DNA of 64,000 nucleotides from the NCBI GenBank assembly GCA_039799905.1, contig JBDLRP010000006.1, positions 9,765 through 73,764 of the forward strand, read 5' to 3'. The notes beneath the pieces are model-generated. The model was given only the letters and a program-made list of their open reading frames with translations. It ran no database searches and was not told the origin of the DNA. Numbering within the stretch: the first letter of the stretch is position 1; every line of letters starts with the position of its first letter. Source of the stretch: Pseudomonadota bacterium (GTDB taxonomy: Bacteria > Bdellovibrionota_B > Oligoflexia > Silvanigrellales > Silvanigrellaceae). Positions 31,114-39,393 of this stretch are shown piece after piece. The translations under genes and the position numbers were made by a program.

Positions 31114-31764
31114 TCAATGCGATTGCGGATGAAAAAAGTTCCTCAAGTTCTGCACCAGCTGCAGGGCACTTTGACCGAGAGGCCGTGAATCATCAGAGTT
31201 TTCAATGATAAAATGGGACTTAGCACGACGCACTTGGTCGGAGACTTGAGCGGAAAAAATTGCCGAAACGGTTTCCTGCGGCAAACTTCGTGAATGGGCA
31301 AGCCGTGCGCGACGGACCTCTTCCGTCGCTATGACGGAAACGACCGCATCGAACTGCTTCTCACGTCCAGCTTCAAAAATAAGCGCTGCCTCGTAAAAAA
31401 CCCAGATGCCGCCAGCCAGCAAATTCAATTGCTCGCAGACGCTTTCGAATTTATGAAATAACGCCGGATGAATGATGTTCTCGAGCGATCTTCTTGCCGG
31501 CTCATCGGCAAAGACACGGTCGCGAACCCAGCGCCGCTGGTAGACAACCTGACCGTTCTCATCTGTCGCGTAGCATTGATCACCCAACAGCGATGTAATC
31601 TGTTGGCGAACCTCCGGCTCAAGTACCACCTGAGCAACCAAAACATCCGCATCAAAGACAGGATAGCCAAGCAAGGCAAGCTCGCGGACCAGTGATGACT
31701 TTCCTGATCCTATGCCGCCCGTCACCGCAATTTTTTTGAGGCGACCATGCTGCCGGCCCGTCAT
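31114..31764 (-). CDS. coaE: Dephospho-CoA kinase
   Basis: AVTGGIGSGKS, FDAD, LENIIHP and EAALIFE. Confidence 0.95.
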   Translation of the reverse strand: MTGRQHGRLKKIAVTGGIGSGKSSLVRELALLGYPVFDADVLVAQVVLEPEVRQQITSLLGDQCYATDENGQVVYQRRWVRDRVFADEPARRSLENIIHPALFHKFESVCEQLNLLAGGIWVFYEAALIFEAGREKQFDAVVSVIATEEVRRARLAHSRSLPQETVSAIFSAQVSDQVRRAKSHFIIENSDDSRPLGQSALQLVQNLRNFFHPQSH

Positions 31765-31767
31765 TAA

Positions 31768-32526
31768 TTATTTTCCGTTACGCGGCTTGTTTTTAAATTG
31801 ATTCTGCCGGTTGCGGCCCTGAAAATGGTTGCCGCGATTTCCGTTCTGGTTTCCGCTCTGGTTGTAGCGGCGGTTGTTGCCCTGATGATTGCCACGGTGA
31901 TGACCTTGCATCGAATGGTGACTCATTTGCGGCTGCTGCACGTTTCCGTTGGCATCCGGTGCAACGTATCCAGTACGTGTCATCAAGTGGCTCGGTGCAG
32001 GCCTTTGCGCATCTTCGAATGCACGCCGCGTGACACCTTCTGCGATCAACTCGATGAGAATGTCTTCGGGAAACACACCTTCCATACGCGCAACTTGTTT
32101 GACCTGATTCATGAGTGAGTAACTGAGCGTGAGCAAAATCTGGTTGCCGGTTTGCCCAGTCGATTCATCAGCGGCGACAAATCCTTCGCCTTCGTAGTAG
32201 CCCTCGTCATCGCCATACCCGTTTGAACCCTGCTGATCCTGATAGCCGGCATAACCCTGTTGCTGCGAGAGTTCTGATTCACCTTGCCATACTTGCTCGG
32301 ATTGAGTCTGGGTCATTTCGGGCGCTTCCTCCAGATGATTTTCGCTGTGCAAATTGTTCACTTTTGTCGGCAATGAGAGCTGTTCGCCCGCCGTTTCGGC
32401 GGGCAACTCGTCATCGACATCAGAAGTCACAGCTGTCTTTGCCTTCTTTGCGGGAGATTTGCGGGGGCGAGGACTGGCAGCCGGTTTGGCTCCGCTGTCC
32501 TGAAAAGTACCGGAAATAAAAATCAC
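31768..32526 (-). CDS. Mostly disordered protein with a central ribbon-helix-helix-like segment
   Basis: ILLTLSYSLMNQVKQVARMEGVFPEDILIELIAEG flanked by basic, acidic and N/Q/G/R-rich tracts. Start uncertain (GTG 32526 or 32586). Confidence 0.7.
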   Translation of the reverse strand: MIFISGTFQDSGAKPAASPRPRKSPAKKAKTAVTSDVDDELPAETAGEQLSLPTKVNNLHSENHLEEAPEMTQTQSEQVWQGESELSQQQGYAGYQDQQGSNGYGDDEGYYEGEGFVAADESTGQTGNQILLTLSYSLMNQVKQVARMEGVFPEDILIELIAEGVTRRAFEDAQRPAPSHLMTRTGYVAPDANGNVQQPQMSHHSMQGHHRGNHQGNNRRYNQSGNQNGNRGNHFQGRNRQNQFKNKPRNGK

Positions 32527-32620
32527 TGATATAAAACTCCGAGAGGAACAACCGTAATAAGTCCGTGGAAGATCAAATTCGGCCACAACTTATGAGAGAC
32601 TTCTGAAAAATAAATTCCGA

Positions 32621-32634
32621 TGATCAATTGATCA
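32621..32634. promoter_or_regulatory. Perfect 14-bp palindrome, candidate operator
   Basis: TGATCAATTGATCA in the intergenic region downstream of era. Confidence 0.35.
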
Positions 32635-32746
32635 ATGGAGACAGACTTCGCTGATGGAGTCTGACGGCAAAGAAGGATGAACGAATCTGAGTACTCCTCG
32701 GCCACCCTAGAACACTGACACAGGGACAAAATAAAAACAAGAAGAT

Positions 32747-33715
32747 TCATTCTTCCGTTTTATCAAGACCCGCGTACTCCGCCAGAAGGTTGTCGGAATC
32801 TATCCAGTTCATTTGCACCTTGACAAACAATTCCAAGTGAACCTTTCGACCCAAATGTTTTTCGAGCGATTCACGAGCGGCCTGACCAATTGACTTAATT
32901 CTGCTCCCACGTGCGCCAATCACCATTCCCTTGTGATTCTCCTTGTGCACGATGATACTCGCCTGCATCACCGTGAGGCCGCTTTTATTCTCGAACCTGT
33001 CCACCTTGACTGCGGCACTGTAAGGAAGCTCCTGACCCAATTGGCGAAAGAGCTGCTCACGAATCAGCTCACCGCAAACAAATTGCTGCGGCCTGTCGGT
33101 GATGTCATCTTCAGCGTAAAGCCACGGACCTTCGGGCATCCGCTGCGAAATAAAATCCTTGAAGCGCTGAACGTCGACAGGGCGCTTTGCCGAAATAGCC
33201 AAGGGTTCGGCAAGAGCATTTGTAACACTGCTGCCGGCCGCCTCTGACGCTGCGCGCAAACATGTGCTCACTCGATCAGAAATGACGCTCAGGTTCTCTT
33301 CAATAATTTCACTTTTGAGCTTGTCTGTTTTGGTCGCGACAACAACCAGCGGCTTGGCGCATTGTCCGGCGATTTGCACAAAAAACGATTCGTCTTCCTC
33401 TGACCAACCTGAACTTGCGTCCACCAAATAGCAGACCACGTCGGCATCCTGCAGGACCGACCACGCGGTGGCGTTCATGCGCTTATTCAGTTTAGGCAAT
33501 CCGCCTGTCTTGTGAATGCCAGGCGTATCAAGAAAGAGAAGCTGACTTTCGGCGTTGGGACAAATACCCAGAATCTTGTTGCGGGTTGTCTGCGGCTTAG
33601 CACTGACAACTGCCAGCTTTGTACCAATGCAGGCATTCATCAGCGTGCTCTTGCCAGCGTTAGGCTGGCCCAACAGCGCTACGTAGCCACATCTTTTGGA
33701 AACATTCATGTTCAT
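32747..33715 (-). CDS. era: GTPase Era
   Basis: GQPNAGKST, QTTR, DTPG and a KH domain with GMVIGARG. Confidence 0.97.
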   Translation of the reverse strand: MNMNVSKRCGYVALLGQPNAGKSTLMNACIGTKLAVVSAKPQTTRNKILGICPNAESQLLFLDTPGIHKTGGLPKLNKRMNATAWSVLQDADVVCYLVDASSGWSEEDESFFVQIAGQCAKPLVVVATKTDKLKSEIIEENLSVISDRVSTCLRAASEAAGSSVTNALAEPLAISAKRPVDVQRFKDFISQRMPEGPWLYAEDDITDRPQQFVCGELIREQLFRQLGQELPYSAAVKVDRFENKSGLTVMQASIIVHKENHKGMVIGARGSRIKSIGQAARESLEKHLGRKVHLELFVKVQMNWIDSDNLLAEYAGLDKTEE

Positions 33716-34570
33716 TCACTCGTCCTCTTGAATATCTGTCTCTGAAGCATACTGCTTCACCATCTCTGCCGTCAGTACGCCTGATTCCATCATCTTTTGC
33801 ATCCGTCCCGCCACAAGCTTACTCGCCTCGCGCTTGTTTGCGGCGCCGGCTCTTGCCAGTTCAGTACGGCCGACAAATCCGGCCACAATAAACTGAGTCT
33901 CTTGCGGGGTTGAGACCGTCTTTACGAGTTTGTAAACCGGAGGACGACCGCAGACACTCTGTGTCCATTGTTGAAACCGTGTTTTCACATCAAAGTCACT
34001 GAGAGTGCGCTCCGCAACAACAAGGTCGGCAGCAAACAGGCTTCTGAGCCACTCCCAGACATGTGCCTGACCGGCGTCCAGCAACAAGGCGGCAGTCACG
34101 GCTTCAAAACCATCGGCAAGAATATTCTGCCGCTTCTCCGACTTGAAACCGCCCTTGGCAATTTCGCCGCGCCCGAACATAAGCAGGTCGTGCAGCCTGA
34201 GCTGACGCGACTTCTCGGCGAGATTTTCGGTTCCGACGATTGCAGCGCGCAACTTGGACAACTCACCCTCGGCCATTTTCGGATACGCAGACATCGCCTC
34301 GCTCGCCACAAAGAAGCTGATGAACGAGTCACCCAAAAATTCAAGCCGCTCGTTGCTGAAAATCGCAGATTTGTCTGTCGGCCAATAGACGAGAGCGCTT
34401 CTGTGAATCAGCGCCACCGTGGCGATCTTTCGGTTTGAGTATTTGTGTGATTGAGCCCTCTCAAGGGCGGCTATTCGCTCATCAAGGTCTGGAAAGTACT
34501 TGCGCAGTCTGGCCTCATCAAGGGGTGCAAGCCATTGCGCGATAGCCGCTGAGTTCTGCTCAAAACTCAT
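33716..34570 (-). CDS. rnc: Ribonuclease III
   Basis: NERLEFLGDS, LADGFEA and a C-terminal dsRBD. Confidence 0.95.
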   Translation of the reverse strand: MSFEQNSAAIAQWLAPLDEARLRKYFPDLDERIAALERAQSHKYSNRKIATVALIHRSALVYWPTDKSAIFSNERLEFLGDSFISFFVASEAMSAYPKMAEGELSKLRAAIVGTENLAEKSRQLRLHDLLMFGRGEIAKGGFKSEKRQNILADGFEAVTAALLLDAGQAHVWEWLRSLFAADLVVAERTLSDFDVKTRFQQWTQSVCGRPPVYKLVKTVSTPQETQFIVAGFVGRTELARAGAANKREASKLVAGRMQKMMESGVLTAEMVKQYASETDIQEDE

Positions 34571-35679
34571 GTGCCAACGACCCGCTCAATAAAGCCACCG
34601 CCAAGTACTTCTTCGCCGCGATAAAGTACGGCGATTTGTCCGGGTGTCACCGAGCGCTGCGGCGAAACAAACTGAATGCGGTCTTCACCCGAGAGTTCAT
34701 CACGCGACAAAAATCCAGCTGCCGCAGTCGAACGGTAGCGAATTTTGATGTCAAATGACTCACTGCTCTCGACGGGGCGTATCATGTGAAAGTGATCAAA
34801 AGAGAACCCCTGCTTCAGCAAAAACTCTTCGCCGCCGACGTAGACTCGCCCTTGCTCCGGCTCGATGCGGGTCACATACAGCGGCCGGTCTGCGACAATC
34901 CCGACACCTTTGCGCTGGCCAACGGTGAATTTGTGAATACCGTCGTGATGACCAAGCACGCTGCCGTCCTCATGGCAGATTTCACCACTGATAATCCTCG
35001 AGGACTCGACATTTCGCTCGATAAATTTCGCGTAATCGTTGTTCGGAATAAAGCAGATTTCCATGCTTTCTTTTTTCTTGGCGTTGACCAGTCCGAACCG
35101 TTCGGCATGCTCCCTGACTTCGGCTTTAGTCATGCTACCAAGCGGAAAGATCACTTTCGAAAGCCGCTCTTGAGTCATTGAATACAAGAAGTAGCTCTGA
35201 TCTTTTTGTTGATCTACGCCCTTGAGCAAACGGTACAATCCGCTCTCGCCGCAATATTCGATCCGCGCATAATGACCGGTCGCTACCGCATCACATCCAA
35301 GACGGACGGCGCGATCCAACAGATGATCGAACTTGAGAAAGGTGTTGCAGGCAACGCACGGATTGGGCGTCCTGCCGCGCAGGTATTCTTCGGTAAAGTA
35401 ATCGACGACGTTGGTCTGAAAATCGTCCTGATAGTCCATCACGTAAAAAGGGATGCCAATCTTGTGCGCCACTTCACGGGCGTCGGCGACGTCATCATGA
35501 CTGCAGCAGGTGTCGAACTTTGCACTTGGATCGCAGCTGGTTTCATTCTTTGAATAATCCCAGAGCTGCATCGTTACGCCAATGACCTCGTGACCCTGCT
35601 CTTTTAAAAGCGCAGCGGCGACGCTGCTGTCAACGCCGCCTGACATCGCTACTAAAATACGTTTTTTGAGTTTAGTCAT
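34567..35679 (-). CDS. mnmA: tRNA 2-thiouridylase MnmA
   Basis: AMSGGVDSS, TPNPCVACN, ATGHYA, KDQSYFL and VTPGQ. Confidence 0.98.
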   Translation of the reverse strand: MTKLKKRILVAMSGGVDSSVAAALLKEQGHEVIGVTMQLWDYSKNETSCDPSAKFDTCCSHDDVADAREVAHKIGIPFYVMDYQDDFQTNVVDYFTEEYLRGRTPNPCVACNTFLKFDHLLDRAVRLGCDAVATGHYARIEYCGESGLYRLLKGVDQQKDQSYFLYSMTQERLSKVIFPLGSMTKAEVREHAERFGLVNAKKKESMEICFIPNNDYAKFIERNVESSRIISGEICHEDGSVLGHHDGIHKFTVGQRKGVGIVADRPLYVTRIEPEQGRVYVGGEEFLLKQGFSFDHFHMIRPVESSESFDIKIRYRSTAAAGFLSRDELSGEDRIQFVSPQRSVTPGQIAVLYRGEEVLGGGFIERVVGT

Positions 35680-35700
35680 GAGTCGCCTGTCCGAAGACTG

Positions 35701-36198
35701 TCAGAGGTCATCTGAGATGGGTTCGATTTCGTGCTCGCCATGTCCATGTTGTCGGAAGAGTTCATCCGCCTGCTGCTCCAGGGAGCGGTTGCGAACAAAT
35801 CCCCGGATATAAAATTCGACGCCCTCGCATGTGTGTTTGTCCCACGACAAAGGAACAAACACATCACGGCCGTCCGACAGATACTCCTGCCAATAGACGT
35901 CGATGTAGTCGAGCATGAGAGAGGCAAGCTCTTCGCTGTTGGTATGTGCTGCACCCTGCTCCACAGCTTCTTCACGCACATGCAAGAGCTCAATGGGATA
36001 GAAAACCGATTTGTCGGCGCGCTCAAGTGTCACCTTCAGCTGCACCTGATGAGCGTCATAGCCCGACTCAACAAGAAACCGTTCGTTGTCGAGCATTGAG
36101 CGATACTTTGTGTTCAAAAGACTGATTATCTTTTGAACCTCAGCCGAGTCCCAGACTGGCGTCAGCGCTTCAGTATTTTTATAAGCAAGCTTCAGCAT
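35701..36198 (-). CDS. Hypothetical acidic protein
   Basis: 165-aa ORF that directly abuts the upstream gene's stop (TGA-ATG). Ends NRSLEQQADELF. Confidence 0.75.
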   Translation of the reverse strand: MLKLAYKNTEALTPVWDSAEVQKIISLLNTKYRSMLDNERFLVESGYDAHQVQLKVTLERADKSVFYPIELLHVREEAVEQGAAHTNSEELASLMLDYIDVYWQEYLSDGRDVFVPLSWDKHTCEGVEFYIRGFVRNRSLEQQADELFRQHGHGEHEIEPISDDL

Positions 36199-38157
36199 TC
36201 ACTCCCCCTGACCCGTTGAATCGAGCATCTGCGGCAATCGTCCGAAAAAAAGTCTCGTTTTTTCAACTTCTTTCAGTCTCTCATATGGACGAACCGAAGT
36301 ACTTGCACGGGCCGTTGCGTTTTCCTCCAATAATATGATCGGAAAAACAGGCAAACGATTTAGTGTCGCGTTCAAAATATGTCCCAGCGCAGGGTCGATC
36401 GGCATATGCAGAGTTTGCAACCACTTTCGAAGGTCCGCGTAACGTCCGCGGCTGAGCAACTGCAAAACCGACATCTTCAACTGCTCACCATCACTCAAAG
36501 TAATGAGCATTTCATCACTGACTTTAGAGTCAGATTTTGCGCCTTTGGACAAGGTAAAAACAACCATCTGCAGTGCATCCATGGCGAGATCCTGAAGGCT
36601 CTGCCAGCCAGTCTGAAACACCGCCTCCGGGCCGATGGCCGATAAAATCTTGGACGCACGGATGACTGTTTCGGCTTCTGACTTAGCAGCTTCCGTGCCA
36701 GAGAATTCAGCGGGCAGAAACTTATCTGTATCTGCCATGAGCCGCTCGAGACCGATATTCAGACATCCGCGGACCGCCAACAGGACGCGTGCAAGCTCCG
36801 AAGGCTCATGTGCCGCTCCGAGCGCGGATGCAACCGCATTCGTCGTGCGTGCGATGCGCGCTTTGTAATTTGCGACATTTTCAACAGACTCTTCACCCAA
36901 CCAAGCCATCACCTGATCCAGAAGAAGACTGGATTTGTCGTCGCGGACACGCTGCCGCAACTCACGCGCCTTTTGAATCTCGAGATTCAACATGATTTGC
37001 CGAACTCTTGCTCCCATACGTTCAACAAACGCATCAACGACATCTTCGTCCTGCAGGAGGATGTCTGACTGCGGCGCACTCGTGCCGACGAGCCGGACAA
37101 TTTCCTGAGTGCCGAGGCAGTTCTCAATTTCCTCCGCCAACTCATCCGAGTCGCGAGAATTGAGAAAATCAATCAGCTGTTCGCGCACATCATCATCCAT
37201 TGCTGCAGATGCGTCGACGGCTGCGTCCTGCACTTCTTTCGTATCAACGAGCGAGCCGGCTTGCGACTCGCTCTTGAGAGCAATGCGAATGAGGTCCGTC
37301 AGTTGTTTTGCAGACTTCGGGTTCAGCATGTGACGGGCTTCATCGGCATCGACAAATCCCTGGTCTTCCAATCTTCCGGCGCGCCAGCGACGCGCCTCCT
37401 CAACCGACTCTTCGCGGATGAGCATCGCAGAGTGGGCAAGCACCGACTGTGCAAGCCTAATATTTTGTTTGTAGAGTGCATGAATAAACTGATGAAAAAC
37501 TTCGAAGTCAGACTGTTCGAACGTTTTCATCTTGAGTCCGAAACGATTGTCGGGAGTGACCCAATAGTCGTCGCTAAGTTCTTCCTGACTGCGATGCAAT
37601 CCCACCGGAATGATTTCGCACGCGGCAGTCATACAACCAATCAACAAACCCTCATCGAGTTCCATGACTCGTTGCGCAGCGAACTCAGGAGTAATTTCAT
37701 TCCACCATTTGATCCACTGCAGAAATCTTTCACCCGAAGGCTGCTCATCGGCGGCAACAAGTTCACCGTAGGAATGAGTCTTTGTCCACAAATCATAATC
37801 GAGCAAACGCACCAAAGCGTTGCCGCGCAACCATTCAACAACCTCGAGTGAATCCTCGACGCCATGATCGAGCAGACTGCGGTATAACAAGTGCGGTGGA
37901 AGAATCTGAACGAGGTAAGGCAACTCGCGTTGTGCAATCAACCAGTCGATGTCGATCGCCGCAGCCGCGAGCGATGATGCGTTTTCACTGTCGGCCCTCC
38001 AGGGAAAAGATTTCAGACCGATCGCATCCAACGACTCGAGCTCGCGCTCAAGCCTTGCCACCACCGACGACGGTGGAGTCGCATCCACAGCTTGCGCCAC
38101 GGGATTGACGGATTGAGTTTTCAAAGTGGTCGGGTTCTGAAGTCCATCAGTTGTCAA
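36199..38157 (-). CDS. Large helical protein, DUF6178-like
   Basis: RLLDYDLW and EEARRWRAGRLEDQGFVDADEA motifs, recalled from DUF6178 proteins. TTG start after AGAGGAA. Confidence 0.65.
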   Translation of the reverse strand: MTTDGLQNPTTLKTQSVNPVAQAVDATPPSSVVARLERELESLDAIGLKSFPWRADSENASSLAAAAIDIDWLIAQRELPYLVQILPPHLLYRSLLDHGVEDSLEVVEWLRGNALVRLLDYDLWTKTHSYGELVAADEQPSGERFLQWIKWWNEITPEFAAQRVMELDEGLLIGCMTAACEIIPVGLHRSQEELSDDYWVTPDNRFGLKMKTFEQSDFEVFHQFIHALYKQNIRLAQSVLAHSAMLIREESVEEARRWRAGRLEDQGFVDADEARHMLNPKSAKQLTDLIRIALKSESQAGSLVDTKEVQDAAVDASAAMDDDVREQLIDFLNSRDSDELAEEIENCLGTQEIVRLVGTSAPQSDILLQDEDVVDAFVERMGARVRQIMLNLEIQKARELRQRVRDDKSSLLLDQVMAWLGEESVENVANYKARIARTTNAVASALGAAHEPSELARVLLAVRGCLNIGLERLMADTDKFLPAEFSGTEAAKSEAETVIRASKILSAIGPEAVFQTGWQSLQDLAMDALQMVVFTLSKGAKSDSKVSDEMLITLSDGEQLKMSVLQLLSRGRYADLRKWLQTLHMPIDPALGHILNATLNRLPVFPIILLEENATARASTSVRPYERLKEVEKTRLFFGRLPQMLDSTGQGE

Positions 38158-38261
38158 TTTTTCCTCTGCTTTCAGGTCTGTAAGGCCAGACCCAGTGTTT
38201 TCATATCCGCCAAAAATCCATCATGGCAACAGGTTTTTGTCTGCCGCCGACGGAAAAGGGC

Positions 38262-38288
38262 AAAAGTCTTTGCAAAGGTGTCCGATAC
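38262..38288 (+). promoter_or_regulatory. sigma28-like promoter
   Basis: AAAAG-N14-TCCGATAC, 27 bp before the GTG at 38316. Confidence 0.5.
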
Positions 38289-38315
38289 CATGTCGACTAG
38301 GGAGAGAGGTCATGC

Positions 38316-39326
38316 GTGGCTAAGTCGATCTCACGAAAATCATTGGGGCATCGGGTCGCTGGCGGGCAACCGCACGATCAGTCATTGCTCGTGACCTTTT
38401 GGGGCGTCCGAGGCACTCTGCCAGCTGCCGGCGCAGACTTCGTAGAGTTTGGAGGCAACACGTCTGCCGTCGAGATTTCGACCGCGGACGGGGCGAATGA
38501 GGCGGCATCGACCTCACTCATTCTGGATGCGGGTACAGGAATAGTTCAGTACGGAGAACGCGGGCTGTCGCTCGGACGGCGCTCGTTCCACATTTTGCTG
38601 AGCCACTTCCACTACGACCATATTATGGGTCTGACGAGATTTTCGCCGCTTTTTAAAAATGACGTGGATATCCACTTCTACGGTCAGGCGAAGGGCGGTC
38701 TCGAACTCCACACGATCATTGAGAAAATTTTTTCATTCCCATTCTTTCCTGTGGAATACCGGCACCTGCCATCGCGAAATAATTTGTACTTTCATACAGT
38801 TGTGCCAGGTTCGCCATTCGAGGTTGGCTCGCTCGTCGTGATCGCGCACAACCTCCACCATCCACAACAGGCTGTTGCGTATAGGGTTTGGGACAAGGAC
38901 CTCAGAGTGAGTGTCGTCTATGCAACCGACCATGAACACGGGACGGATGCTGACCTCTCGCTTGCTGCTTTTTCACGCAACACTAACTTATTTCTTTTCG
39001 ACACCACTTACACCGACGAGGTCTATCAAAACGGCCGGATTGGTTGGGGGCATTCAACCGCTCGCCGCGGGGCCGAGATCGCCGCAATGGCGGAGGTTCG
39101 TTCGTTTGGACTCTTCCACCACGACCCAGAAGCAACTGACGTCCAGCTGAAAAGCCAGCTGTTGCCGGAAGCACTCGCTCACTTCCCCTCGTCGTTCCTG
39201 TGTAAGGAAGGGGAATCTATCGAATTGCTCGCCCAGAATGCCGAAGATCAGCTGCCGATGGTGGTTGGCGGAGGGACCCCCATCCGCCGGACACTTCTCA
39301 GCAAACGGAGAAAAATCAGCGGTTGA
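38316..39326 (+). CDS. MBL-fold metallohydrolase (phosphodiesterase/RNase Z-like subgroup)
   Basis: FWGVRGT, GGNTS, DAGTG, SHFHYDH, TDHEH, GWGHST and FHHDP. Confidence 0.9.
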   Translation: MAKSISRKSLGHRVAGGQPHDQSLLVTFWGVRGTLPAAGADFVEFGGNTSAVEISTADGANEAASTSLILDAGTGIVQYGERGLSLGRRSFHILLSHFHYDHIMGLTRFSPLFKNDVDIHFYGQAKGGLELHTIIEKIFSFPFFPVEYRHLPSRNNLYFHTVVPGSPFEVGSLVVIAHNLHHPQQAVAYRVWDKDLRVSVVYATDHEHGTDADLSLAAFSRNTNLFLFDTTYTDEVYQNGRIGWGHSTARRGAEIAAMAEVRSFGLFHHDPEATDVQLKSQLLPEALAHFPSSFLCKEGESIELLAQNAEDQLPMVVGGGTPIRRTLLSKRRKISG

Positions 39327-39393
39327 CCCGCCCAAAAGATTATGGGAAGCCCCAAAGCGTTGCGTTAATACCAACTCTGGGGAAGCATTCGTT

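Noticed and set aside
39238..39393. Upstream extension of the exonuclease ORF
   Set aside because: It overlaps the MBL gene and lacks an RBS; a later start is more plausible.
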